Positions 43,636 through 57,692 of a stretch of 64,000 nucleotides of DNA are shown here, in pieces. The stretch lies in NCBI RefSeq assembly GCF_009914755.1, contig NC_060938.1; one strand, 5' to 3'. The translations under genes and the position numbers were made by a program. Within the stretch, counting starts at the first letter, position 1. Every line of letters starts with the position of its first letter. A model generated the notes under the pieces. The model saw only the letters and a program-made list of their open reading frames with translations. It was not told the origin of the DNA and did not search any database. The stretch is from the human T2T-CHM13v2.0 reference genome, Homo sapiens.

Positions 43636-44291
43636 ATTGATTTTTTTAAAATCCCTGATTATCCTGCTTGCCCTGCATGCATTTCCCTCTTACCCACGAA
43701 GTGAAACCTGGTCCACTGCACCTGTTCCTTCAGTTACTGACTGCTGCCTGTGATAATAGTAGCATGAGTGGTCTTCAAGCACCTCATATCCTGCCACTAC
43801 CGCCACTTGTCAGGGGAAAACCCAGACAGGATGAGATCCACATTCCCAGCTGTCCCTGTCTTCCAAGGAAGAGAAACCCTAAACCAGAAGCTAAAGAGTG
43901 AAACCAGATATCCCAGGGAAGGGGTGGGGGACGTTAGGTCCCCAGTGGTCTGCGAAAGAGGTGCCAAGCCAGAAGCCCCAAAGTGCTGGGAAAGCCAGCA
44001 CAGAGAAGCAGATAATGCCAGGAAACATCTCAGGCATGGTGGAGGGGCTTGGGGGGTACTCAAATGACAGGACTGAAGATTTGTGAGGATTTGTGAGGCA
44101 CTCAAAAATTGCAGAGCGATTATGAACACTAGGGAGCTCTCCTGCTTCCTGGAAAAAATCAAAGCCTGACTCCCAAGGTTGGCATTGGGGGCATCTCTTG
44201 TGGAGACAGCTCAGAGTGAGGTTGGGAGATACTTTTCTAGGAAGTGTTTTTCAAATATTTTTTACCGTGACCTACGGTAAGAACATATTTC

Positions 44292-44460
44292 AGGTTGAGC
44301 ACGGTGGCTCACATACGTAATCCCAGCACTTTGGAAGGCTGAGGCGGGAGAATCACTTGATCCCAGGAGGTTGAGGCTGCAGTAAACCATGTTCACACCA
44401 CTGCACTCCAGCCTGGGAGACAAAGAGAGACCCCGTCTCAAAATAATAATAATAATAATA
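44292..44460 (+). mobile_element. Alu monomer (FRAM-like or left/right recombinant) inside hAT MITE fragments (about 44240-44620)
   Basis: Single unit of about 165 bp with (TAA)n tail; TSD atatttca; MER5A-like aatcagaatctgcattttaataagat downstream. Confidence 0.8.
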
Positions 44461-45071
44461 TATTTCATATTGGCATCTAGTGCACACATGTGGTGCACAC
44501 ACAAATACCCACACACTTTCAGCATTAGCTGGGAACTTACTAGAAATGCTAGCAATAATCAGAATCTGCATTTTAATAAGATTCCCAAGTAATTATGATG
44601 CATAGAAAAGTTTAAGAAACTGCTTCGGGGTCCCCAAGCTAAAGATGAGTAAATTATAATGTATTTAACTAATGTTAAATACATTAGTTAATCTCACTCC
44701 TTAAGTTTCCTCCCTTGGCAACCAGAGCCCTTTATAAATTGTCTAAATACTGCAGGCTGGGATTCTGTTTTCCATCCCTCTAAAAACCTCACCACATAAT
44801 AACTAAAACTAATAACTTACTTGTATTATCAAGCTAACCATGTGCCAAGACCTGTTCTAATGCTTTACTTCTATTAACTCTTAATCCTCTTTGTTACTTT
44901 AGTAAGGTAAATTTCATTATTTTGCATTTTATGTATGAGGAAATTGAGGGATAGAAAGTTTAAATAACTTTCCCAGGTCACGTAACTAATAAATGGAGAA
45001 ATAAAAGTATAAAAATACAAAAGGGAAAGAGTAAGAGCAGGAAGTGTATAAGGGATAGAAAATGGTCAACA

Positions 45072-45390
45072 GGCCAGGTGCAGTGGCTCACACCTGTAAA
45101 CCCAGAACTTTGGGAGGCCAAGGCAGGAGGATTGCTTGCACTCAGGAGTTAGAGACCAGTCTGGGCAATATAGGGAGACCACATCTCTACAAAAATAAGA
45201 AACAAAAATATTAGTCAAACGTGCTGGCACATGTCTGTGGCCGCAGCCACTCAGGAGGCTGAGATGGGAGGATCACTTGAGCACAGGAGGTCAAGGCTGC
45301 AGTGAGCCATGTTCATGCCACTGCACTCTAGCCTGGACAATAGAGTGAGACCCTTTCTCAAGAAAAAAAAAAAAAAAGAAAAGAAATAAA
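45072..45390 (+). mobile_element. AluJ
   Basis: J-type motifs (caaggctgcagtgagccatgttcatgcc). Confidence 0.9.
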
Positions 45391-46179
45391 TAGAGGTATA
45401 GGGCATTCTATCTAGAATTATGGAGGTTACCACCAAAAGAACTAAAAACAAGTTTAAATGAATTATTTCTAGAGAATGAAACTGAGTAAGCTCTTCCATA
45501 CTATTTTATTTGTTACCATGTATTATTTGTTACTGAGTAAGCTCTTCCATACTTAGTAAGTTCTTCCATACTATTTTATTTCTTACCATATGCTTTGTAT
45601 TATTTTGATGACATTTTAATTCTAATTTAAGCTTAATATAGTATTTAAAAAGTCCTGGGTTCTCCTTGGGACCAGAACTTTAAAAGATAAGAAACACTCA
45701 TGACCAGTGTCACCAACATTGGAGCAACAGTGAAGTCTAAGCACATGATCTTCAAGAGGAAAGCAACTCGTCCGTGAGCCTGGAGGTCCTCCTGCACCTG
45801 GAATAATTATTTCCATGGCCAACAGTGACAGATGGGCTTCATTGTGTTTAAAGAGCCCATGGGTTTCCTTATAGAGGACCAAAGGCCTTCAAGAGAGCCC
45901 TGGCCCTGCCCCACTCTGTCAGTCAGGATTCTGACAGGAAACAGAAGTAGTTGAGATTCTGAAGGCAATTCCATAAAGTGATGAGTTACTGAGGCATGGG
46001 AAGGGTAGACAAGCCACAGGGGATGCTGAGCAACCAGGGACTAGCAACCTTGGAAGCCCCATTACCACTCCTGGGCTTCCAGGGGAGAGGCAAGGAAGCC
46101 CAGTGGGAGCTGTAGATGTGATTGTTGCTTTATCCTGAATTCCCTTAGCCCACATCTGAGTTGACCTGTGTGAGGTGAG

Positions 46180-46620
46180 CACTTCCTGCCGTGCTGACAG
46201 CTTCCCACCTCCTCTTCCCACCTTTCCCAGGTGTCTCTCCTCTCTGCTTCCCTACCTGAGGGCTTTCCCCAGTTCAAGGAAACTGGTTCGGCCCTTGCAC
46301 AGGACAGAGCTAAAATACAGGTAAAACACCCCCAGAGGCAACAAGCTAACTAGGAATGGTAGTCGGTGGTGAATATGCAACATTCCTTGGTCGGGAGATT
46401 CTGAGAGGAATTCCGTACTGTTCCTCAAAGCCCAGTAGGACTGATCCTCTGATGCCCACAGTGGCAAATGTTCATCAAAGCTCCCTCTTTTGGGTTTTCT
46501 TCCTTCTCTGTCCCATTTCTCCTTTTCCTCACATGTGCTTCCTGGCATCACCTCTCTAATACATCATCTTCAGCCAGCACTTTTCTCAGCATCCACTTTT
46601 GGGGAAAAGGTACCAAACAA
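46180..46620 (+). mobile_element. ERVL LTR16-like fragment
   Basis: gattctgag...tgcccacagtggcaa...gtgcttcctggcatcacctc. Confidence 0.55.
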
Positions 46621-46749
46621 TGACACCATGGAAAGGAGGCTGCCCATTAGAGTCTGTAATTGGAGGGAGAAGGGAGGAGTTAAGATAGGAAGGTCAAGTT
46701 CAGTTTATTGGTTTATTTCTATAGTTAAGATAGGAAGGCCAAGTTCAGT

Positions 46750-47165
46750 TTATTTCTATAGCTGCTGTAACAAATTATGAAAAACTTGGGGGCTTAGCTT
46801 AAAGCAACTGAATTTATCTTCTCACAGTTCTAGAAGCCAGAAGTCTGAAATCAAGGTGTCATCCGGGCTGCAGTTCCTCTGAAGGCTCTAGGGAAGAAGG
46901 CTTCCTTGCCTCTTCCTAGCTCCCAGCAGTTCTTGGCTTCTAGCTGCATCACTCTAATCCCTGCCTCCATCTTGACATTGCCTTTTTCTCTGTGTGCCCT
47001 CTCCTCTTCTTATAGGAAACCAATCATTGGATTTGGGGCCTGCCCAAATTCACTGTGACTTCGTCTTAACTAATTACTTTCACAAGACCCTATCTCCAAA
47101 TAAGGTCACATTTTGAGTTTCCAGGTAGATATGAATTTTAGGGGACACTAATGAACCCACTATAG
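46750..47165 (-). mobile_element. MaLR LTR (MLT1C-like)
   Basis: gctgctgtaacaaatta...ctcacagttctagaagccagaagtctgaaatcaaggtgtc...ccaaataaggtcacatt. Confidence 0.85.
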
Positions 47166-47423
47166 GGGGGAACATGGAGAAAGATAGGGGAGTACTCAGA
47201 CTTCCATGTCTTTCCATCCAACAATCTCTTTCAAGAGAACAAACCCAATTAGAAGCAAGAGGGCAAATGAGATTGGGATATGCAATATGCAGATTCAGCA
47301 TCCTGGGGTCCAGAGAAAGGTGAAGGTGACCTGGAGACAGGAGGGGAGCAATGGGGAGTAATCTGCCTCTTTTGCAAAGGCTTTATTTCTCCTGTGATTA
47401 GAAAAAGAAAAAAAAAAGATGTT

Positions 47424-47749
<326 letters not shown>

Positions 47750-48219
47750 CTAAGGGCCCATGAGATTCTGCATCTTCCTGGGGTAGCACTACCTGCCCAC
47801 AATAGAAAGGATGCTTATATGGCAGGGTGGGAGGGAGGGGCAACAACTGCCCTGGCATCTGAGGTCTGACTGGGTTTGCACATCATGTGGAACCCTGTCC
47901 CTGTCCAAGATGGAGCATACTGCTTTCTACTTCCTGTCCCTGCTCTGGTTTCTCCTTGTTTCCTTGTGCATGTCTGGATTGGCACACCCCAATACATTCG
48001 GAAGACTCAATCCACTTGCACATGAGCTCCTGGACATTAAGTCCCCTTTGGTTTATGCTTTTGATGTTTTCTGCCCATACCACCCAATTCCCTAGGCCCA
48101 GGTTCTTAGCTGCAGTTTTTTATTTTGCCTAACTCAGGAATTCTTACAGCAGATAGATGTTTTCAATTTACTAGTGATGAACATAAACCTCTCTTTTAAC
48201 ATAATAATTATGGATCCAT

Positions 48220-48460
48220 TAAGAGCTACTATTTATTGGGTACCTAGTGTCTGCTAAGGGCTATGCTAAGTTTTCTTTATAATATTACTTTATTCATGCA
48301 TCAACATGATCTAACTTAATCCTCTCTACACTTGAAAAAGTAGGCATTATCAATACAGATAAGGAAGGTGAGATGAAGCTATTTGCTCCAGGTCACATAG
48401 CTGGTTTAGTGGCAGAGCCAGAATTCAAATTCAGTGGTGACAGACTAAAGACATGCTCTT
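48220..48460 (-). mobile_element. MIR
   Basis: ggtcacatagctggtttagtggcagagccagaattcaaa. Confidence 0.65.
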
Positions 48461-49398
48461 CTCACTCATGTTTCTTCCCATGAAACTGCCTGGCCCGGCA
48501 GCGAAGGCAGCTCCAGCCTTTGATTTCTGTGTTGTCCCCAGCCTGACATGGACATTAGTCCGGTAAAGAACAAGCAAATACCAAATGTATGGCTGTTTGA
48601 ATGTGAAATGGGGTTTACATTAGAAGCACAGAAACCAAGCGCAAATCAAATGTGATTATGAAGTGACAACTGATTTTTTTTTTGAAATGTCCCTTCTTTG
48701 AAATGTTACCTGGAGAGATGAAATGTTTGATTTAATCAGTGTTTAATTACAAAGTATTTACTGAATTCTCTTATTTAAAAGAATTGCCTTTAAATACTGT
48801 GATCCCTTTCATTTATTTTTTAATTTTAAAACCATTTTTAAGTGTATGGTTCAGTAGTGGCAGGTATTTATTTATTTTTTTATTCAGTGAATATTTATTG
48901 ACATTTTCCAGATTTGTGGCACTGGGGAAAGTACTATAAGGGACAAAAAAAATTATAAGACAGTCTTCACATTCAGTCAGTTCTCAGTGACTTTGTAATA
49001 ATTGTTTAATTTTGAAAGTGTGCTTAACTTTTTGTAAGCAACTAAAAATTATTCAGCAACATGTTTGAGTAAATGAGGTGAGAATCCAAGCTGGATATTA
49101 CCATTTTCTATCAAAGGTGAGACATAATCCCCAAGTTATGAGATTGAATTCCTTGACTAGTTCTGAATATAATTTTAAAGGTGAAAGTCTTAAGATTCTC
49201 AATGATTCCAAAAATCATAGAGTCCTGAAGAGCGCGTCTTTAAGCGAACCAGGCATTTTCTATAGCTTAAATAAGGTTTCACACACATATATACCCATAT
49301 TTTTAACAACGATTGATAAAGTAAACAATAATCTTAAAGCACTATTGACTTTATAGCAGCCTTTTGTTCATTAAGAATACACAAAGTTCAATTACCAT

Positions 49399-50092
49399 TG
49401 CTATGATCTGAATTGTGTCCCTACAAAATTCACTTGTTGAAGACCTAACCCCAATATGATGGTATTTGTAGTTGTGGCCTTTGGGGGATAATTAGGTCGT
49501 TAGATGGGATTAGTACCTGCTATGGTTTGAATGTGTCCCCTAAAGTTCATAAGTTGGAAACTTAATTCCCAATGCAGCGGTGTTGAGAGGTGGGATCGTT
49601 AAGAGTTGATTAAATCATGCATGCTCCACCTTCATGAACGGATTAATGCCATTATCAAGGGAATGGCTTTGCTATTGAGAGAGTGGGTTTGTTATAAAAC
49701 CCTCCTCTTGCTCTCTCATGCTCTCTTGCCCTTCCATCTTCCGCCATGGGATGATGTAGCCCAAAGGCCCTTGCCAGATACCGGTGCTATGCTCTTGGAC
49801 TTCTCAGCCTCAAAAACTGTAAGAAATGAATTTTTTTTCTTTATAAATTACCCAGCCTGTGGTATTCTGTTACAACAATACAAAATGGACTAAGACAGTG
49901 CCTTTATTTAAAAAAAAAAAAAAAAAAAAAAAGCTACTCATCCACCCAGGAAGAAGGCCCTCATCAGCAACTCAACTATACTGGCACCAAGATCTTGGAT
50001 TCCAGCTTCCAGAACGGTAAGAAATAAATGTCTGTTCTTTAAGTCACCCAGTCTATCGTATTTTATCATAGCATCCCGAGCTGACTGAGACA
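49399..50092 (+). mobile_element. MLT1A-like solo LTR with a nested MST LTR; middle replaced by a poly-A run
   Basis: tgctatgatctgaattgtgtcc...gctgactgagaca; TSD accat/accac. Confidence 0.8.
49518..49897 (+). mobile_element. MST-type solo LTR nested in MLT1A
   Basis: tgctatggtttgaatgtgtcccc...ggactaagaca; TSD gtacc/gtgcc. Confidence 0.87.
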
Positions 50093-50267
50093 ACCACCAA
50101 GAGTAACTATCATGAAGCAATGAGTAGGGACAAGCCTCATTTTAGGATCATTAAAGGATCCTTATACAGCTTCAAATTACAGAATGTCAGACATAGACTG
50201 GACCATAGTGATCATATGATCCAACAGTTTCCAAACTCAGGGTGCCATAAGCCTTTGTGCAAACTTT

Positions 50268-50530
50268 TCATTTTTTCTTTTAGATGCAGGGGATTTGTTA
50301 CATGGGTATATAGCTTAATGGTGGGGATTGGGTTTCTACCGTACCCATCACCCAAATGTTGAACATTGTACCCAACAGGTAATTTTTGAGCCATCATCCC
50401 CCTGCTTCCCTCCCTCCTTTTGAACTCCCTGGTGTCTATTATTTCCATCTTTATGTCCATGTGCACCCATTGTTTAGCACCCACTTATAAATGAGAACAT
50501 GCAGTATTTGATTTTCTGAGTTAGTTCACT
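50268..50530 (-). mobile_element. L1PB-type 3' end
   Basis: ttgttacatgggtata...tagcacccacttataaatgagaacatgcagtatttg; TSD tgcaaa. Confidence 0.85.
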
Positions 50531-50554
50531 GCAAATGTTTAAAATGCATCTTAG

Positions 50555-50928
<374 letters not shown>

Positions 50929-51345
50929 AATGCCTCTTGGACACCAGGACGTACAGCTTGGTGAGTAAAGCACATGTTGCATTCCAGCTTCCACTTGCCC
51001 TCTTGGGCACCAACTACCCACCCATATCTATCAGCCTTTCCCCAACTTTACCTGATGATACAAATTACCTGGGGCCCTGGTGTAAAACAAAGATTTGCTG
51101 ATCACTCCCCTGAAGATTTTGATTCAGTAAGTCTGAACTGTGACTTTGGGATTCTGTACTTATCATGATAACCTTCGTGATTTAATAACCAGACAAAATG
51201 AAAAACATTGATTTAGACCCAGCCCTCATTTTACAGATGAGGTCAAGGGGGATGAAGTGACTTTCCAAGTCCCATAATGAGTCAGTGAACATCATTGGAA
51301 TAAATGTATAGGGGTCCCAAGTGATCACATTAAATAGGCCAAGAG

Positions 51346-51348
<3 letters not shown>

Positions 51349-51394
<46 letters not shown>

Positions 51395-51410
51395 TGTGTG
51401 CGTGCACGCG
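51349..51410 (+). repeat. Compound (CT)n(GT)n microsatellite
   Basis: Direct reading. Confidence 0.93.
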
Positions 51411-51419
51411 TGCATTCCA

Positions 51420-52037
51420 TATTGCCTGGGTTGAATTAGAGAAGCAGAAGCACTATGAATGATATGGAAGGAGGCATTGCATATAGGGATTAGACCACAT
51501 GCAATTGTGGGAGTGAGAGGAGGAATCTAGCGTTAACCCAAAAGTCCAAGTAAATGCCATGCTGCTGTCTCTGCATCTTGTGTTGGGGCAGCAGTTGGGA
51601 ATGAAAGCTGAACATGGAGGAAGGCAAACTGGAGCCCACCTGGACAACTGGAACCCATGAGGACAAACTGGAACCTGTCTTTGTCTCTAAACACTTCCAG
51701 GCTTGATACTGAATTGCCCTGCAGAAGAAGCTGGTGCCCTTTGCCAGGGAGTGGCCATGATACATGGCCCAGGACTTGGAGAAGCTGAAGGAAGAGCTCG
51801 AGGAACTGTGGGTTGCAGTGATATGCCCCTGTGTGAGGTAAGCTAGAAGAGCAGTGACAGCATGCACAGTGCCGCAGTGCATGGCACCTACGCCAACCTT
51901 CGGAGCCTCAACATGGACACTCCATCACTTCCACAAACTTCTCTCGTGACCATCCCTATCCCAGAAACAAGAAGAGAAAGAAATCCTTAGAAAGGCAGTT
52001 CCAGCCTGGCTAAATGAACACAGTACAAAACCACCAC
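51420..52037 (-). mobile_element. ERVL-class LTR (LTR41-like)
   Basis: Reverse complement starts gtggtggttttgtactgtg...ttagccaggctggaact; subfamily uncertain. Confidence 0.5.
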
Positions 52038-53239
52038 GTGTTCTTGTATAGCTTTTACTGGATTGAAAGTGCCAAGAAAGTTCTGTTAATTGTTATAATT
52101 CTACACAACATCTAGTAGGATGCTTTCCATATAGTAGGTACTCTGTAAATATGCTCCATTTGGATGAAATAACCTAAATATTAGTCTTGTTGGTTTGCAG
52201 TCACACATGAGTAGGCAAGCCAAACACAGCTGTGCAGCCATCAGAGTGCAGAAGTGATCTCTAATGACTGCAGCCCGCTCCTCACCCGCTTAATTGCTTC
52301 TCCGCTGTGGCTCCTAAACTGCCAAGTGCACCATGCATTTAATATCCCTCCACACTTAAGATTGCTCATGATCTGAAATCGTGTCAAGAAGACTTGAACA
52401 AAAGTGGGAAATTAAGATCCACAGTAAAATCCCTTGAAACTCAGAGTGGAAAAAATGACAAAAAATAACCTGCCACAGTCCTAGCCAAGAGGGCAGTTAT
52501 TATAACTGGAGAGGCGGGAGTGAAGCGATTCAGCCCAGGTGAAGAGGCCGCCAGCAGCCCCCATATCCACAGCACCAGAGATTTTTTCCAAATCCCACTT
52601 CAAATCTCATAATCCCTCCATCCTTAACTGCTGAGGATGAAGTCACCCTTTCCTTCGTTTCAGACAGAGGCTCACCACTTCTGCTTTAGGGCACTGCTGT
52701 GGTCTAGCAAGCCTGTGGCTTTCAGGCTGGCTTAGAAAATCCAATCGCACATGGAAAAACACAATATAAAGAATTATGGTCTCTTTTCCTCCTTTATAAA
52801 TAGATGTCATTAACTTTGGATCAAGCAAGGGCATAACTGTTCTAGATCACTGAAAGAATTGCAGAGTGTTTTTCAATACTGTCGAATGGATGGACTTTCC
52901 TGTTGCAGAGAGGTTGTAACTATGCTATCATTGGAAGGCTGAGAAGTATCAATTTTCAGAGATTTGTCACTCTAAAAAACCTACAGAAAATGGAACAGAA
53001 AATAGAATCAGTAATACATAGACATGCTCACATCTGCATATTGCTGATACTTGCCTGAGTTATCTAAAATTCTCTGGTTCCACTCAAAGGATTTTCAAGA
53101 AATAGGAGGTTTTTCTTTTCTATGTTTCTTCTTCATTCTGTCTTATGTCTGTCTGTCTCCTTATATCCATCTAAGTATTTATCTTTCTGTATCTATGTGG
53201 TGATACAGTCATCTGAAAGCCCTGGTTAATGTAGAGGTA

Positions 53240-53460
53240 GTAAGTCATTCATTCATTCATCAGACATTTTATGAGCAACCACTATTTGGCAGGCACTGTG
53301 CTAAGTGCTGAGTATACAAGGGTAAATAAGTTGCAACTCCTGTCCTTGGATCTTACCAGTCTATTGGTGGGAACAGGCTTTTAAACAGATAAATTGCAAG
53401 ATGCTAAGAGTAAAGGCAGCACTGAGTGCTCCGTGAGCAGAGGAGGGAGCAACTCACTGC
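53240..53460 (-). mobile_element. L2 3' fragment (another at about 54420-54840)
   Basis: (CATT)n then gcaggcactgtgctaagtgctg. Confidence 0.65.
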
Positions 53461-54927
53461 ACTGAAATAACATTTTCCAGTTGTCTCAGAGAATCACCCT
53501 CATGCACACATTTCCTGGGCCATAAAATATCCTTACAGATCATTTTGAGTTAGTTTTTCAGGGTTGAGCTAATTCAGTGGAATGAGGGGTTGTCTTTCTC
53601 TGCCAAGGCCTACCCTTATGTCAGGGAGAGAGGGGTGGGTAGAGAAAAACACAGGGACAGGCAGGAGGGGAGGAGGGCCCTTGTCTCTTTGCCTGCCGTG
53701 GGACCAGCACATTTAAATTCCTTGGTGCTGTTAGTGAATCATTAAGTTGTTACGAATTTTGGATGTGCGTGTTTGCCTGCCCTTCTGAAACTCCCGCCTT
53801 ACCCTCTCTTCTGTCTCCCACTTCTTTTTAAAAAGGTCAGCAGAAATCACAAAGTCAAGGAAGAGTCTTGGTTTTTGTCCTTTTGGTGGATTAACCCAAT
53901 CACATTGTGACATTTGTCTGAGTCATTAGGAAATCTACATTCCAAGGTCTATAAAATCCCATCCATGCCTCAGCAGGGAGAGGAGAATGCAGAGTTGCCA
54001 AACTTCACACTCTCCCAATCCTTGCTGAGTCTAAATTTGGACCCAAATGCAAAGAACTGGGGTTTTGTATTCATTTATAGCTGGCAAAAGGCAACTGCCT
54101 AGTTTGTGAAAAAGGACTTCATGGCCATCAAAAGCTGTTATGGTGTCACGTGGTGATGCGTTTAATGTAAATGAATCTGGAACATCTGGATCAAATTTCC
54201 TCTCAAATAAACAGGGCTATGAAAACTAGTGGGCAAAAATATCTTCTGGCCAAAGGCATTCTGGGTTATTCCTGAACCCCAACTGTCTACACCAGTGATT
54301 TAAGAAGGGGCCCAGCAGCTGCTCTGCTATTTCTCCCTGCACCTGGGTCTATGGCAAATGAATCTGAAACAAAATGGACTGACCATGTAACCATCATTGT
54401 TGGAATTGAAAAACTGGAGAAATGTATTCATTTAACAATGGTTTACTGAGCACCTACTATAAGCCAGCTATTATGCTATAATCTGGGGATACTACAGGAA
54501 ACAAGCCAGACCCAGACCCTGCTCTCTGGGAACTTATAGTTTAGAGACAACTTAGAGGCACACATTAAACAAGTTAGCATATAATCCATATAGTCAGGAA
54601 TTCTAGGAATTCTTTAGGCACACATTAGACAGCATAGAATATGATGGTTGGCGTAGGTGCTGTGGGAGCTCAAAGCAGCCCACGTGAGTCACACTGTGGG
54701 GGGTGTACTGAGAGGGTGTTTCTGAGGAAGTGGCCTTTGGGCTGAAAGCTTGAGTATGTCTGTTTAACCATCGTATTTCTCATCACCCATCTCAATGTCT
54801 TGTACCTGGCAGGGCCTTAAGAAATGTGTGTTAAGTGAATGGCTTCTCCAAACAATGCGGAGAGTTAGGTGGGGAGGGAGTGGGAGAGTAGAAGAAGTGA
54901 AGGGCCCATTCCCAAGGTCAGGGTTAA

Positions 54928-55223
54928 GAGTTTGGAAATTGCTGGATCATATGATCATCACGGTCCAGTCTATGTCTGTCATTCTATAATTTGAAGCTGT
55001 ATGAGGACCCTCTACAATCTCCTAAAATTAGGTTTGCCCATACCCATTGCTTCATGATAGTTAATCTTGGTGGTTGTCTGTCAGCTCGGGATGCTATGGT
55101 AAAATACCATAGACTAGGTGACTTAAACAACAGACATTTATTTCTCAAGTTCTGGAGGCTGGAATCTAAGATCTTGGTGTCAGTATAGTCAGGTACCTGG
55201 TGAGGACTCTTCCTGGGGGGTAG
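54928..55223 (-). repeat. Inverted duplicate of 49934-50238
   Basis: Aligns end to end with the reverse complement of 49934-50238 at roughly 85% identity by eye, including non-LTR flank. Confidence 0.9.
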
Positions 55224-55695
55224 TTTTCTCCAGCCTCCTCCCAACCTCACCCTTCCCCATCTGACCCCTCTTTCTCTCCTGGTAGTGAGCTTTCTCTTCT
55301 ATCTCACGTCCTGATAAGTCATTGCAGTGAGAGCCCAAGGTCACTAGGGTTTGATAGATAGCTTCCTAGAATTCCTGCTTTCAATGCATTTTTGGCCTGT
55401 GCAGATTCATTACTTTCTTTTTGTCCAGCAAATCATTTAAAAATCATTGTTTAAATCATTTATGTTATACTTTATCAGAAGGTGTTTTCAGATGTTCTAG
55501 TTGAGCATATTTCTGGAAAGAGAAAGGAAAGCATTTATATCTTCTCTACATTACTAGGTGAAAAGCTTTCTGAGGAGGGATTATTAATCTCTGTGCCAAT
55601 TAAAGATTGATTGCATTTATCTTATTAATCCTTGTTTCTTATTTTCCCTGGGCATTATCCACAGACCCTAGCACAGTGATTAAACAGTTAGATGC

Positions 55696-56174
55696 CGTGA
55701 TGGTTCATTGCATCTCTCAGCTTTAGCTAGGCTGTGGTGCCAAGTTCTTTGCTCCAACAACAGTCTAGATGTTGTTGTGAAGGTCTTTTTTTTAGATGTG
55801 AGGAACATTTACAACCAGTAGACTTTAAGTAAAGGAGAGTACTCTTCATCATGTAGGTGGGTCTGGGTCACATCCAACTGACCAAAGGCCTTAGAGCAAA
55901 GACTGAGGCTTCCCAAAGAAAGAATCCTGCCTTAAGATTGCATCAGAGAAACCCTGCCTAAGTTTCCAGACTGCTGGCCTGCCCTGTGGATTTCAGACTC
56001 AAGACTGCAACATCAACTCTTACCTAAATTTCTGGTCTGCCAGCCAGCCCTGTAACCTTCAAATTTGCCACCCACAGTTATGACTCAGTTTCTTAAAATA
56101 AATCTCTCTCTCTCCCTCTTGACATATAAAAATATCCAATTGGTCTGTTTCCTTAGAAAACCCTAACTAATACA
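55696..56174 (+). mobile_element. MLT2C/D-like ERVL solo LTR inserted in an L2 tail
   Basis: gtgatggttcatt...gatttcagactcaagactgcaacatcaactc...ccctaactaataca; TSD gatgc. Confidence 0.85.
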
Positions 56175-56768
56175 GATGCTCAATAAATATTTATATTTAT
56201 TGGTTAAATAAAATATTTATGAACAATAGGTATTTGATAAGTGCTTGTTATTTAATTGTGTGACTTTTTGAAGCCTCTGCCCTGAGGTCTGCCTCCCTTT
56301 CAGGGCTTGCCATGTTTCGATAGAAGAGTACGACCCTGCTATAGCTATGTTCCACTTTCTATGTTGCAATAAAGCGTTGGCAGATATTTAGAAGTATGTG
56401 CCAAAGCTTTCTAAATATCTGCCAAAGAATGGGTCCCATTCTTCAAGCTGTATCCAATTTTGTGTAATATAGAATACCCTTGTGCCAGTCGCAGAATTGA
56501 GACTGCTGCTTAGAACTGGTAAGGGTTTTAAGACGCATCCAGGAGAACAACAAGGGCTTCTGGGATTCCACAATCTACTCCGCCCAACTTTGCAGCATAA
56601 AAATTGTTAGCAAATTTTATACACCCTGCTGGCTAATAAAATGTGTGGCTTGGGGTTTGCAGCATTTCTGGGGCATTTCTCTTTACATTTATTTTGTTAT
56701 TCAGATCCTAGCCACCTTTTGCTGTCAGGTTGGTGAAAAGCCTGGGGATAAAAAAATTAAAAAATTGG

Positions 56769-57090
56769 GGCCGGGCACAGTGGCTCATGCCTGTAAATCC
56801 CAGCACTTTGGGAGGCCGAGGAGGGCGGATCACCTAAGGTCGGGAGTTCAAGACCAGCCTTGCCAACATGGTGAAATTCTGTCTCTACTAAAAATACAAA
56901 ATTAGCTGGATGTGGTGGTGCATGCCTGTAATTCCAGCTACTCAGGAGGCTGAGGCACGAGAATCATTTGAACCAGGGTGGGGTTGGTGGGGTTGCAGTC
57001 AGCTGAGATTGGGCCACTGCACTCCGGCCTGTGTGATAGAGCAAGACTCTGTCTCAAAAAAAAAACAAAAATTAAAAAAAATTAAAAAAC
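56769..57090 (+). mobile_element. AluS
   Basis: Full dimer. Confidence 0.92.
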
Positions 57091-57692
57091 CAGAAAAGTC
57101 AAAGGTTGCAAAGAAATAAGAAGCAGCTGTGGACAGAAGGACAGAGATGTTTGCAGAACTTCTGAAGGATGGGGAGCCCAGCAAATTTCACCTCTACTTT
57201 TCCAAGTTTACACTTCACACTTACTTCACTCCCCTGGCAACCCCTTCACAGCTTTCTAGGCTTAAGAGAAGCTGGGCTGCCGAAGGGCTGGTTCTTGAGA
57301 TGTTGTCATGTGGATGGTTTTGACTCGGCTCGAACATGAGAGAAAGAGCTTTCAGTTACTCTGTGTAGCCTGGTGTACAAAAGTAAGGTAATTTTTAAAA
57401 AATTATAGTTAATCTAATATGGCTGTTTCTTTATGAGAAAAACTTGGAGCCAGGTCAGGGAACAAAGTTATTCTGGCGTTTAAAAATGTAAAACGGTTGC
57501 ATACTGTGGAATATTATGGCCAGGGCTGTGTCTTTCTGGAACTCTTTCTGGAGCCCTTGATCTATACCTTAATCTGGAGGTAGCTAGATCGGCATATACA
57601 TTTGTAAAAATTCATCAAGCTCTACACTTTAGATTTGCACCCTTTACTAAAAGTGAGCTGTGTTTCCATTTTTAAAAGAGAGAGCGAGAGAC

